A DNA stretch of 64,000 bases from the human T2T-CHM13v2.0 reference genome, Homo sapiens, in assembly GCA_009914755.4 (NCBI GenBank), contig CP086569.2, positions 28,864,001-28,928,000 on the forward strand. The letters are read 5' to 3'. A program made the position numbers and the translations under genes. A model generated the notes under the pieces. The model searched no databases and was not told the origin of the DNA. It saw nothing but the letters and a program-made list of their open reading frames with translations. This document shows positions 14,148 to 28,310 of the stretch, piece after piece (within the stretch, counting starts at the first letter, position 1; each line of letters begins with the position of its first letter).

Positions 14148-17100
14148 TATTCCATGCCACTTGATTGCATTGCATTCCATTCCGTTTGATTCCAGTCCAT
14201 TCAAGAAAGTTCCATTCCAGTCCATTGCTTTCGAGTCCATTCCATTCCACTCTAGTCTATTCCACTCCATTCCTTTCCATTCCATTCCATACTATTCCAT
14301 TCCATTCCTTTGCTTTCCGTTTCCAATCTATTCGAGTCCATTGCATTCCAGTCCAATCCATTCGATTACATTCTTTTGATTCCCTGCCAGTCGATTGCAT
14401 TGCATACTAGACCATTCCAAACGAGTCCATTCCATTCTATTTCAACACTTTCCATTCCACTCTCTTCGACTCCATTCCATTCCAGTCCATTTAATTCAAG
14501 GGCATTCCATTCCATTCCATTCCATTTCCTATTATTCCATTCCATTCAATTCCATTCCAGATGATTCCATTCCATTCTATACCATTGCTCTCTGTTCCAT
14601 TCCATTCCATCTGTCTCCATTCCTTTCGTTTCGATTCCTTTCCATTCCATTCCATTACATTTGATCCTATTTTATTAAATTGCATTCTATTCGAGTGATT
14701 TCCATTCGAGTCCTTTCCATTCGATTCCATTCCATTCTATTCCATTCCTTTGGATTCCATTCCGTTCCGTTCCGTTCACATCAATTCCTTGCGATTCCAT
14801 TACATTCGATTTCTTGCCATTCGATTCCATTCCTTTTGACTCCATTTCATTCGATTCCATTCCATTCCATTAATTTCCATTCCATTCGAGACCTTTCCAT
14901 TGCAGTCTTTTCCCTTCGAGTCCATTCCTTTCGATTCCCTTCCATTCGATTCCATTCCATTGGAGTCCGTACCAGTCGAGTCCATTCTATTCCAGTCAAT
15001 TAGTTTCGACTCCATTGCATTCGAGTGCATTCCATTCCGTGGCTGTCCATTCCATTTCGTTTGATGCCATTCCATAAGATTCCATTCAATTCGAGACCAT
15101 TCTATTCCTGTCCATTCCTTGTGGTTCGATTCCATTTCACTCTAGTCCATTCCATTCCATTGAATTCCATTCGACTCTATTCCGTTCCATTCAATTCCAT
15201 TCCTTTCGATTCCCTTTTTTTCGAGAACCTTCCATTACACTCCCTTCCATTCCAGTGCATTCCATTCCAGTCTCTTCAGTTCGATTCCATTCCATTCGTT
15301 TCGATTCCATTCCATTCCAGCCCATTCCATTCCATTCCATTCCATTCCTTTCCTTTCCGTTTCATTAGATTCCATTGCATTCGATTCCATTCAATTCAAT
15401 TCCGTGCTATTCAATTTGATTCATTTCCATTTAATTCCATTCCATTATATTCCATTCCTTTCGATTCCATTCCTTTCGAATCCATTCCATTGGAGTGCAT
15501 TCACTTCCAGAACATTCCATTCCAGTCGAATCCATTCGAGTACATTCCATTAAAGTTCATTACATTCTAATACATTCCATTCCATTGCATTCCATTCCAT
15601 TCCTTTCGATGCCATTCGATTCCAATCCATGCCAAATCATTGCATTCCTTTCCATTCCGTTCCTATCAATTCCATTCCATTCGATTTAGTTCGATTCTAT
15701 TCACTTCCATTCCATTCGATTCCATTCCATTGGAGTCAATTCCTTTCGACACCCAGCCTTTCCAGTCAATGATTTTGGATTCCATTTTTTTGCATTCCAT
15801 TACATTCTATGACATTCGATTCCGTTTCATTGCATTCCATTCCATACATTTTTATTCCATTCGAGACCGTAGCATTCCACTTTATTCCAGGCCTGTCCAT
15901 TACACTACATTCCCTTCCATTCCAATGAATTCCATTCCATTCCAATCCATTCCTTTCCTTTCGCTTGCATTCCATTCTATTCTCTTCTACTGCATACAAT
16001 TTCACTCCATTCGTTCCCATTCCATTCAATTCCATTCCATTCAATTCCATTCCATTTGTTTCCATTCTCTTCGATTCCATTTCTTTATATTCCATGCCAT
16101 TCGATTCCATTCTATTGGATTGCATTACATTCGTGTTCATTCCATTCCAGACCATTCCATTTGACTCCATTCCTTTCGAGCCCTTTCAATTTGAGTCCAT
16201 TCTTTTCCAGTCCATTTCACTCCAGTCCATTACTATCCATTCCATACCATTCCATCCCATTCCATTCCATTCCATTGCATTCCATTGCATTCCATTCCAT
16301 TCCATTCCATTGCACTGCACTCCATTCCATTACTTTCTACTCTATCTGAGTCGATTTTATTGCATTAGATTCTATTCCATTGGATTACTTTCCATTCGAT
16401 TACATTCCATTCATGTACATTCCATTCCAGTCAATTACATTCGAGTTCATTACATTACATTCCAGTATATTCCGTTGTATTCGATCCCATTCCTTTCAAT
16501 TTCATTTCATTCGACTCCATTATATTCGATTCCATTCCACTCGAATCCATTCCATTAGAGGACATTCCATTCCAATGCATTCCATTCCATTCCATAGCAT
16601 TCCAATGCATTCGATTCCATTCCATTTGATGCCATTCCATTTGATGCCATTCCATGACATTCCATTCCATTCGAGTCCATTCCGTTCCAATTCATTCCAT
16701 TCCGTTTCATGAAATTCGAGTCCTTTCCAGTACATTTCATTCCAATCCCATCCAATCCAATCTACTCCATTCAATTCCTTTCCATTCCATTTGATTAGAT
16801 TCCATTGATTTGATTCCATTCAGTTTGATTCCATTCCGTGAAATTTCGTTCCATTCTATTCCATTGCATTACTTTCCATTCAATTCCATTCCATTTCATT
16901 TCAGTCCATTCGCTTCCTTTCCTTTCGATTCAATTCCATTTGATTCCACTCCATTCTATGCGATTTCATTCCAATCGATTCAATTCCATTCGATGACATT
17001 CCTTTCGTTTCCATTCCATTCGAGTCCATTCAATTTGAGCATTCGTGTCCATTCTATTCGAGTCCATTCCATTACCGTCTATTCTATTCCCTTCCATTCC

Positions 17101-17710
17101 TGTTGATTCAATTTCATTCCCTTCCATTCGATTCCTTTCCATTCGATTCCATTCCTTTCCATTCCATTCCATTCGTTCCCATTCCATGTGATTTCATTCC
17201 ATTCCAGTCCATTATATTCGAGTCCACTCCACTCCATTCTATTACATTCAATTCCTTTTGAGTCCTTTCCATAACACTCCATTCATTTCGATTCCATTTC
17301 TTGCCAGTTTTCTTCCATTTTATTCCATTCCGTTCGATTCCATTCCTTTCGATTCCATTCCATTCGATTGCATTCCATTCGAATCCTTTCCATTCCATTT
17401 CATTCCATTCCTTTCTATTCCATTCCATTTCATTCGATTTGATTTCATTCTGTTCTATTCCATTCAATTCTTTTTCATTCCATTCGAATCCTTTCTATTG
17501 CAGTCCATTCCATTCGAGTCCATTCCAATCCCTTCCATTCCATTCCATTACAGTCCATTCCAATAGATTCCATTCCTTTGCCTTCCATTCGAATCCATTC
17601 CATTCTAGTCCATTCCATTTGAGTCAATTCCATTCCATGCCATTCTATTACTTTCCAATCCATTCGATTACATTCGATTCAATTCCATTTGATTCTCTTT
17701 CATTCTATTT
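14148..17710 (+). repeat. HSat3 HOR unit 5 (3563 bp), mosaic/transition unit: class-A-like 5' part, extra pentamer-multiple insertions (+5 near 15340, +10 CCATGCCATT at about 17626-17635)
   Basis: Anchor at 14148 and 17711. It is about 30 bp longer than class A. The 10-bp insertion is shared with units 11-18 but absent from units 1-4 and 6-10. Confidence 0.75.
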
Positions 17711-20700
17711 TATTCCATGCCATTTGATTGCATTGCATTCCATTCCGTTTGATTCCAGTCCATTCAATAAAGTTCCATTCCAGTCCATTGCTTTCGAGTC
17801 CATTCCATTCCACTCTAGTCTATTCCACTCCATTCCTTTCCATTCCATTCCATACTATTCCATTCCATTCCTTTGCTTTCCTTTTCCAATCTATTCGAGT
17901 CCATTGCATTCCAGTCCAATCCATTCGATTACATTCCTTTTGATTCCCTGCCAGTCGATTGCATTGCATATTAGACCATTCCAAAGGAGTCCATTCCATT
18001 CTATTTCAACACTTTCCATTCCACTCTCTTCGAGTCCATTCCATTCCAGTCCATTTAATTCAAGGGCATTCCATTCCCTTCTATTCCATTTCATATTATT
18101 CCATTCCATTCAATTACATTCCAGATGATTCCATTCCATTCTATACCATTGCTCTCTGTTCCATTCCATTCCATCTGTCTCCATTCCTTTCGTTTCGATT
18201 CCTTTCCATTCCATTCCATTACATTTGATCCTATTTTATTAAATTGCATTCTATTCGAGTGATTTCCATTCGAGTCCTTTCCATTCGATTCCATTCCATT
18301 CTATTCCATTCCTTTGGATTCCATTCCGTTCCGTTCCGTTCACATCAATTCCTTGCGATTCCATTACATTCGATTTCTTGCCATTCGATTCCATTCCTTT
18401 TGACTCCATTTCATTCGATTCCATTCCATTCCATTAATTTCCATTCCATTCGAGACCTTTCCATTGCAGTCTTTTCCCTTCGAGTCCATTCCGTTCGATT
18501 CCCTTCCATTCGATTCCATTCCATTGGAGTCCGTACCAGTCGAGTCCATTCTATTCCAGTCCATTAGTTTCGACTCCATTGCATTCGAGTGCATTCCATT
18601 CCGTGGCTGTCCATTCCATTTCGTTTGATGCCATTCCATAAGATTCCATTCAATTCGAGACCATTCTATTGCTGTCCATTCCTTGTGGTTCGATTCCATT
18701 TCACTCTAGTCCATTCCATTCCATTGAATTCCATTCGACTCTATTCCGTTCCATTCAATTCCATTCCTTTCGATTCCATTTTTTTCGAGAACCTTCCATT
18801 ACACTCCCTTCCTTTCCAGTGCATTCCATTCCAGTCTCTTCAGTTCGATTCCATTCCATTCGTATCGATTCCATTCCATTCCAGCCCATTCCATTCCATT
18901 CCATTCCTTTCCTTTCCGTTTCATTAGATTCCATTGCATTCGATTCCATTCAATTCAACTCCGTGCTATTCAATTTGATTCATTTCCATTTAATTCCATT
19001 CCATTATATTCCATTCCTTTCGATTCCATTCCTTTCGAATCCATTCCATTGGAGTGCATTCACTTCCAGAACATTCCATTCCAGTCGAATCCATTCGAGT
19101 ACATTCCATTAAAGTTCATTACATTCTAATACATTCCATTCCATTGCATTCCATTCCATTCCTTTCGATGCCATTCGATTCCATTCCATGCCAAATCATT
19201 GCATTCCTTTCCATTCCGTTCCTATCAATTCCATTCCATTCGATTTAGTTCGATTCTATTCACTTCCATTCCATTCGATTCCATTCCATTGGAGTCAATT
19301 CCTTTCGACACCCAGCCTTTCCAGTCAATGATTTTGGATTCCATTTTTTTGCATTCCATTACATTCTATGACATTCGATTCCGTTTCATTGCATTCCATT
19401 CCATACATTTTTATTCCATTCGAGACCGTAGCATTCCCCTTTATTCCAGGCCTGTCCATTACACTACATTCCCTTCCATTCCAATGAATTCCATTCCATT
19501 CCAATCCATTCCTTTCCTTTCGCTTGCATTCCATTCTATTCTCTTCTACTGCATACAATTTCACTCCATTCGTTCCCATTCCATTCAATTCCATTCCATT
19601 CAATTCCATTCCATTTGTTTCCATTCTCTTCGATTCCATTTCTTTATATTCCATGCCATTCGATTCCATTCTATTGGATTGCATTACATTCGTGTTCATT
19701 CCATTCCAGACCATTCCATTTGACTCCATTCCTTTCGAGCCCTTTCAATTTGAGTCCATTGTTTTCCAGTCCATTTCACTCCAGTCCATTACTATCCATT
19801 CCATACCATTCCATCCCATTCCATTCCATTCCATTGCATTCCATTGCATTCCATTCCATTCCATTCCATTGCACTGCACTCCATTCCATTACATTCTACT
19901 CTATTTGGGTCGATTTTATTGCATTAGATTCTATTCCATTGGATTACTTTCCATTCGATTACATTCCATTCATTTACATTCCATTCCAGTCAATTACATT
20001 CGAGTTCATTACATTACATTCCAGTATATTCCATTGTATTCGATCCCATTCCTTTCAATTCCATTTCATTCGACTCCATTATATTCGATTCCATTCCACT
20101 CGAATCCATTCCATTAGAGGACATTCCATTCCAATGCATTCCATTCCATTCCATAGCATTCCAATGCATTCCATTCCATTCCATTTGATGCCATTCCATT
20201 TGATGCCATTCCATGACATTCCATTCCATTCGAGTCCATTCCGTTCCAATTCATTCCATTCCGTTTCATGAAATTCGAGTCCTTTCCAGTACATTTCATT
20301 CCAATCCCATCCAATCCAATCTACTCCATTCAATTCCTTTCCATTCCATTTGATTAGATTCCATTGATTTGATTCCATTCAGTTTGATTCCATTCCGTGA
20401 AATTTCGTTCCATTCTATTCCATTGCATTACTTTCCATTCAATTCCATTCCATTTCATTTCAGTCCATTCGCTTCCTTTCCTTTCGATTCAATTCCATTT
20501 GATTCCACTCCATTCTATGCGATTTCATTCCAATCGATTCAATTCCATTCGATGACATTCCTTTCGTTTCCATTCCATTCGAGTCCATTCAATTTGAGCA
20601 TTCGTGTCCATTCTATTCGAGTCCATTCCATTACCGTCTATTCTATTCCCTTCCATTCCTGTTGATTCAATTTCATTCCCTTCCATTCGATTCCTTTCCA

Positions 20701-21244
20701 TTCGATTCCATTCCTTTCCATTCCATTCCATTCGTTCCCATTCCATGTGATTTCATTCCATTCCAGTCCATTATATTCGAGTCCACTCCACTCCATTCTA
20801 TTACATTCAATTCCTTTTGAGTCCGTTCCATAACACTCCATTCATTTCGATTCCATTTCTTGCCAGTTTTCTTCCATTTTATTCCATTCCGTTCGATTCC
20901 ATTCCATTCGATTGCATTCATTTCGAATCCTTTCCATTCCATTTCATTCCATTCCTTTCTATTCCATTCCATTTCATTCGATTTGATTCCATTCTGTTCT
21001 ATTCCATTCAATTCTTTTTCATTCCATTCGAATCCTTTCTATTGCAGTCCATTCCATTCGAGTCCATTCTAATCCCTTCCATTCCATTCCATTACAGTCC
21101 ATTCCAATAGATTCCATTCCTTTGCCTTCCATTCGAATCCATTCCATTCTAGTCCATTCCATTTGAGTCAATTCCATTCTATTCCTTTCCAATCCATTCG
21201 ATTCCATTCGATTCAATTCCATTTGATTCTCTTTCATTCTATTT
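17711..21244 (+). repeat. HSat3 HOR unit 6 (3534 bp), mosaic: divergent 5' part (CATTTGATTGC anchor variant, AATAAAGTTCC), 3' part already class B
   Basis: Anchor variant at 17711, next anchor at 21245. The class-B marker (single copy of TTCGATTGCATTCCA, read as DCIHFESF in the 97-aa ORF at 20817..21110) begins in the 3' half of this unit. Confidence 0.75.
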
Positions 21245-24200
21245 TATTCCATGCCACTTGATTGCATTGCATTCCATTCCGTTTGATTCCAGTCCATTCA
21301 AGAAAGTTCCATTCCAGTCCATTGCTTTCGAGTCCATTCCATTCCACTCTAGTCTATTCCACTCCATTCCTTTCCATTCCATTCCATACTATTCCATTCC
21401 ATTCCTTTGCTTTCCGTTTCCAATCTATTCGAGTCCATTACATTCCAGTCCAATCCATTCGATTACATTCTTTTGATTCCCTGCCAGTCGATTGCATTGC
21501 ATACTAGACCATTCCAAACGAGTCCATTCCATTCTATTTCAACACTTTCCATTCCACTCCGTTCGAGTCCATTCCATTCCAGTCCATTTAATTCAAGGGC
21601 ATTCCATTCCATTCCATTCCATTTCCTATTATTCCATTCCATTCAATTCCATTCCAGATGATTCCATTCCATTCTATACCATTGCTCTCTGTTCCATTCC
21701 ATTCCATCTGTCTCCATTCCTTTCGTTTCGATTCCTTTCCATTCCATTCCATTACATTTGATCCTATTTTATTAAATTGCATTCTATTCGAGTGATTTCC
21801 ATTCGAGTCCTTTCCATTCGATTCCATTCCATTCTATTCCATTCCTTTGGATTCCATTCCGTTCCGTTCCGTTCACATCAATTCCTTGCGATTCCATTAC
21901 ATTCGATTTCTTGCCATTCGATTCCATTCCTTTTGACTCCATTTCATTCGATTCCATTCCATTCCATTAATTTCCATTCCATTCGAGACCTTTCCATTGC
22001 AGTCTTTTCCCTTCGAGTCCATTCCATTCGATTCCCTTCCATTCGATTCCATTCCATTGGAGTCCGTACCAGTTGAGTCCATTCTATTCCAGTCCATTAG
22101 TTTCGACTCCATTGCATTCGAGTGCATTCCATTCCGTGGCTGTCCATTCCATTTCGTTTGATGCCATTCCATAAGATTCCATTCAATTCGAGACCATTCT
22201 ATTCCTGTCCATTCCTTGTGGTTCGATTCCATTTCACTCTAGTCCATTCCATTCCATTGAATTCCATTCGACTCTATTCCGTTCCATTCAATTCCATTCC
22301 TTTCGATTCCCTTTTTTTCGAGAACCTTCCATTACACTCCCTTCCATTCCAGTGCATTCCATTCCAGTCTCTTCAGTTCGATTCCATTCCATTCGTTTCG
22401 ATTCCATTCCATTCCAGCCCATTCCATTCCATTCCATTCCTTTCCTTTCCGTTTCATTAGATTCCATTGCATTCCATTCCATTCAATTCAATTCCGTGCT
22501 ATTCAATTTGATTCATTTCCACTTAATTCCATTCCATTATATTCCATTCCTTTCGATTCCATTCCTTTCGAATCCATTCCATTGGAGTGCATTCACTTCC
22601 AGAACATTCCATTCCAGTCGAATCCATTCGAGTACATTCCATTAAAGTTCATTACATTCTAATACATTCCATTCCATTGCATTCCATTCCATTCCTTTCG
22701 ATGCCATTCGATTCCATTCCATGCCAAATCATTGCATTCCTTTCCATTCCGTTCCTATCAATTCCATTCCATTCGATTTAGTTCGATTCTATTCACTTCC
22801 ATTCCATTCGATTCCATTCCATTGGAGTCAATTCCTTTCGACACCCAGCCTTTCCAGTCAATGATTTTGGATTCCATTTTTTTGCATTCCATTACATTCT
22901 ATGACATTCGATTCCGTTTCATTGCATTCCATTCCATACATTTTTATTCCATTCGAGACCGTAGCATTCCCCTTTATTCCAGGCCTGTCCATTACACTAC
23001 ATTCCCTTCCATTCCAATGAATTCCATTCCATTCCAATCCATTCCTTTCCTTTCGCTTGCATTCCATTCTATTCTCTTCTACTGCATACAATTTCACTCC
23101 ATTCGTTCCCATTCCATTCAATTCCATTCCATTCAATTCCATTCCATTTGTTTCCATTCTCTTCGATTCCATTTCTTTATATTCCATGCCATTCGATTCC
23201 ATTCTATTGGATTGCATTACATTCGTGTTCATTCCATTCCAGACCATTCCATTTGACTCCATTCCTTTCGAGCCCTTTCAATTTGAGTCCATTGTTTTCC
23301 AGTCCATTTCACTCCAGTCCATTACTATCCATTCCATACCATTCCATCCCATTCCATTCCATTCCATTGCATTCCATTGCATTCCATTCCATTCCATTCC
23401 ATTGCACTGCACTCCATTCCATTACATTCTACTCTATTTGAGTCGATTTTATTGCATTAGATTCTATTCCATTGGATTACTTTCCATTCGATTACATTCC
23501 ATTCATGTACATTCCATTCCAGTCAATTACATTCGAGTTCATTACATTACATTCCAGTATATTCCATTGTATTCGATCCCATTCCTTTCAATTCCATTTC
23601 ATTCGACTCCATTATATTCGATTCCATTCCACTCGAATCCATTCCATTAGAGGACATTCCATTCCAATGCATTCCATTCCATTCCATAGCATTCCAATGC
23701 ATTCCATTCCATTCCATTTGATGCCATTCCATTTGATGCCATTCCATGACATTCCATTCCATTCGAGTCCATTCCGTTCCAATTCATTCCATTCCGTTTC
23801 ATGAAATTCGAGTCCTTTCCAGTACATTTCATTCCAATCCCATCCAATCCAATCTACTCCATTCAATTCCTTTCCATTCCATTTGATTAGATTCCATTGA
23901 TTTGATTCCATTCAGTTTGATTCTATTCCGTGAAATTTCGTTCCATTCTATTCCATTGCATTACTTTCCATTCAATTCCATTCCATTTCATTTCAGTCCA
24001 TTCGCTTCCTTTCCTTTCGATTCAATTCCATTTGATTCCACTCCATTCTATGCGATTTCATTCCAATCGATCCAATTCCATTCGATGACATTCCTTTCGT
24101 TTCCATTCCATTCGAGTCCATTCAATTTGAGCATTCGTGTCCATTCTATTCGAGTCCATTCCATTACCGTCTATTCTATTCCATTCCATTCCTGTTGATT

Positions 24201-24777
24201 CAATTTCATTCCCATCCATTCGATTCCTTTCCATTCGATTCCATTCCTTTCCATTCCATTCCATTCGTTCCCATTCCATGTGATTTCATTCCATTCCAGT
24301 CCATTATATTCGAGTCCACTCCACTCCATTCTATTACATTCAATTCCTTTTGAGTCCGTTCCATAACACTCCATTCATTTCGATTCCATTTCTTGCCAGT
24401 TTTCTTCCATTTTATTCCATTCCGTTCGATTCCATTCCATTCGATTGCATTCATTTCGAATCCTTTCCATTCCATTTCATTCCATTCCTTTCTATTCCAT
24501 TCCATTTCATTCGATTTGATTCCATTCTGTTCTATTCCATTCAATTCTTTTTCATTCCATTCGAATCCTTTCTATTGCAGTCCATTCCATTCGAGTCCAT
24601 TCTAATCCCTTCCATTCCATTCCATTACAGTCCATTCCAATAGATTCCATTCCTTTGCCTTCCATTCGAATCCATTCCATTCTAGTCCATTCCATTTGAG
24701 TCAATTCCATTCTATTCCTTTCCAATCCATTCGATTCCATTCGATTCAATTCCATTTGATTCTCTTTCATTCTATTT
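21245..24777 (+). repeat. HSat3 HOR unit 7 (3533 bp), class B
   Basis: Anchor at 21245 and 24778. The ORF set is shared with units 8-10, for example the 97-aa ORF with DCIHFESF and the 112-aa minus-strand ORF. Confidence 0.8.
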
Positions 24778-27700
24778 TATTCCATGCCACTTGATTGCAT
24801 TGCATTCCATTCCGTTTGATTCCAGTCCATTCAAGAAAGTTCCATTCCAGTCCATTGCTTTCGTGTCCATTCCATTCCACTCTAGTCTATTCCACTCCAT
24901 TCCTTTCCATTCCATTCCATACTATTCCATTCCATTCCTTTGCTTTCCGTTTCCAATCTATTCGAGTCCATTACATTCCAGTCCAATCCATTCGATTACA
25001 TTCTTTTGATTCCCTGCCAGTCGATTGCATTGCATACTAGACCATTCCAAACGAGTCCATTCCATTCTATTTCAACACTTTCCATTCCACTCCGTTCGAG
25101 TCCATTCCATTCCAGTCCATTTAATTCAAGGGCATTCCATTCCATTCCATTCCATTTCCTATTATTCCATTCCATTCAATTCCATTCCAGATTATTCCAT
25201 TCCATTCTATACCATTGCTCTCTGTTCCATTCCATTCCATCTGTCTCCATTCCTTTCGTTTCGATTCCTTTCCATTCCATTCCATTACATTTGATCCTAT
25301 TTTATTAAATTGCATTCTATTCGAGTGATTTCCATTCGAGTCCTTTCCATTCGATTCCATTCCATTCTATTCCATTCCTTTGGATTCCATTCCATTCCGT
25401 TCCGTTCACATCAATTCCTTGCGATTCCATTACATTCGATTTCTTGCCATTCGATTCCATTCCTTTTGACTCCATTTCATTCGATTCCATTCCATTCCAT
25501 TAATTTCCATTCCATTCGAGACCTTTCCATTGCAGTCTTTTCCCTTCGAGTCCATTCCATTCGATTCCCTTCCATTCGATTCCATTCCATTGGAGTCCGT
25601 ACCAGTTGAGTCCATTCTATTCCAGTCCATTAGTTTCGACTCCATTGCATTCGAGTGCATTCCATTCCGTGGCTGTCCATTCCATTTCGTTTGATGCCAT
25701 TCCATAAGATTCCATTCAATTCGAGACCATTCTATTCCTGTCCATTCCTTGTGGTTCGATTCCATTTCACTCTAGTCCATTCCATTCCATTCAATTCCAT
25801 TCGACTCTATTCCGTTCCATTCAATTCCATTCCTTTCGATTCCCTTTTTTTCGAGAACCTTCCATTACACTCCCTTCCATTCCAGTGCATTCCATTCCAG
25901 TCTCTTCAGTTCGATTCCATTCCATTCGTTTCGATTCCTTTCCATTCCAGCCCATTCCATTCCATTCCATTCCTTTCCTTTCCGTTTCGTTAGATTCCAT
26001 TGCATTCGATTCCATTCAATTCAATTCCGTGCTATTCAATTTGATTCATTTCCATTTAATTCCATTCCATTAGATTCCATTCCGTACGATTCCATTCCTT
26101 TTGAATCCTTTCCATTGGAGTCCATTCACTTCCAGAACATTCCATTCCAGTCGAATCCATTCGAGTATATTCCATTAAAGTTCATTACATTCTAATACAT
26201 TCCATTCCATTGCATTCCATTCCATTCCATTCGATGCCATTCGATTCCATTCCATGCCAAATCATTGCATTCCTTTCCAATCCGTTCCTATCAATTCCAT
26301 TCCATTCGATTTAGTTCGATTCTATTCACTTCCATTCCATTCGATTCCATTCCATTGGAGTCAATTCCTTTCGACACCCAGCCTTTCCAGTCAATGATTT
26401 TGGATTCCATTTTTTTGCATTCCATTACATTCTATGACATTCGATTCCGTTTCATTGCATTCCATTCCATACATTTTTATTCCATTCGAGACCGTAGCAT
26501 TCCACTTTATTCCAGGCCTGTCCATTACACTACATTCCCTTCCATTCCAATGAATTCCATTCCATTCCAATCCATTCCTTTCCTTTCGCTTGCATTCCAT
26601 TCTATTCTCTTCTACTGCATACAATTTCACTCCATTCGTTCCCATTCCATTCAATTCCATTCCATTCAATTCCATTCCATTTGTTTCCATTCTCTTCGAT
26701 TCCATTTCTTTATATTCCATGCCATTCGATTCCATTCTATTGGATTGCATTACATTCGTGTTCATTCCATTCCAGACCATTCCATTTGACTCCATTCCTT
26801 TCGAGCCCTTTCAATTTGAGTCCATTGTTTTCCAGTCCATTTCACTCCAGTCCATTACTATCCATTCCATACCATTCCATCCCATTCCATTCCATTCCAT
26901 TGCATTCCATTGCATTCCATTCCATTCCATTCCATTGCACTGCACTCCATTCCATTACATTCTACTCTATTTGAGTCGATTTTATTGCATTAGATTCTAT
27001 TCCATTGGATTACTTTCCATTCGATTACATTCCATTCATGTACATTCCATTCCAGTCAATTACATTCGAGTTCATTACATTACATTCCAGTATATTCCAT
27101 TGTATTCGATCCCATTCCTTTCAATTCCATTTCATTCGACTCCATTATATTCGATTCCATTCCACTCGAATCCATTCCATTAGAGGACATTCCATTCCAA
27201 TGCATTCCATTCCATTCCATAGCATTCCAATGCATTCCATTCCATTCCATTTGATGCCATTCCATTTGATGCCATTCCATGACATTCCATTCCATTCGAG
27301 TCCATTCCGTTCCAATTCATTCCATTCCGTTTCATGAAATTCGAGTCCTTTCCAGTACATTTCATTCCAATCCCATCCAATCCAATCTACTCCATTCAAT
27401 TCCTTTCCATTCCATTTGATTAGATTCCATTGATTTGATTCCATTCAGTTTGATTCCATTCCGTGAAATTTCGTTCCATTCTATTCCATTGCATTACTTT
27501 CCATTCAATTCCATTCCATTTCATTTCAGTCCATTCGCTTCCTTTCCTTTCGATTCAATTCCATTTGATTCCACTCCATTCTATGCGATTTCATTCCAAT
27601 CGATTCAATTCCATTCGATGACATTCCTTTCGTTTCCATTCCATTCGAGTCCATTCAATTTGAGCATCCGTGTCCATTCTATTCGAGTCCATTCCATTAC

Positions 27701-28310
27701 CGTCTATTCTATTCCCTTCCATTCCTGTTGATTCAATTTCATTCCCTTCCATTCGATTCCTTTCCATTCGATTCCATTCCTTTCCATTCCATTCCATTCG
27801 TTCCCATTCCATGTGATTTCATTCCATTCCAGTCCATTATATTCGAGTCCACTCCACTCCATTCTATTACATTCAATTCCTTTTGAGTCCGTTCCATAAC
27901 ACTCCATTCATTTCGATTCCATTTCTTGCCAGTTTTCTTCCATTTTATTCCATTCCGTTCGATTCCATTCCATTCGATTGCATTCATTTCGAATCCTTTC
28001 CATTCCATTTCATTCCATTCCTTTCTATTCCATTCCATTTCATTCGATTTGATTCCATTCTGTTCTATTCCATTCAATTCTTTTTCATTCCATTCGAATC
28101 CTTTCTATTGCAGTCCATTCCATTCGAGTCCATTCTAATCCCTTCCATTCCATTCCATTACAGTCCATTCCAATAGATTCCATTCCTTTGCCTTCCATTC
28201 GAATCCATTCCATTCTAGTCCATTCCATTTGAGTCAATTCCATTCTATTCCTTTCCAATCCATTCGATTCCATTCGATTCAATTCCATTTGATTCTCTTT
28301 CATTCTATTT
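24778..28310 (+). repeat. HSat3 HOR unit 8 (3533 bp), class B
   Basis: Anchor at 24778 and 28311. It differs from unit 7 by only a few substitutions in the translations. Confidence 0.8.

Noticed and set aside
26073-26265. Gaps in the + strand ORF track (also 40206-40383, 50852-51134, 54371-54653) that might hide a foreign insertion
   Set aside because: On inspection these stretches are ordinary satellite units carrying point substitutions that happen to create stop codons. No non-satellite sequence is present.
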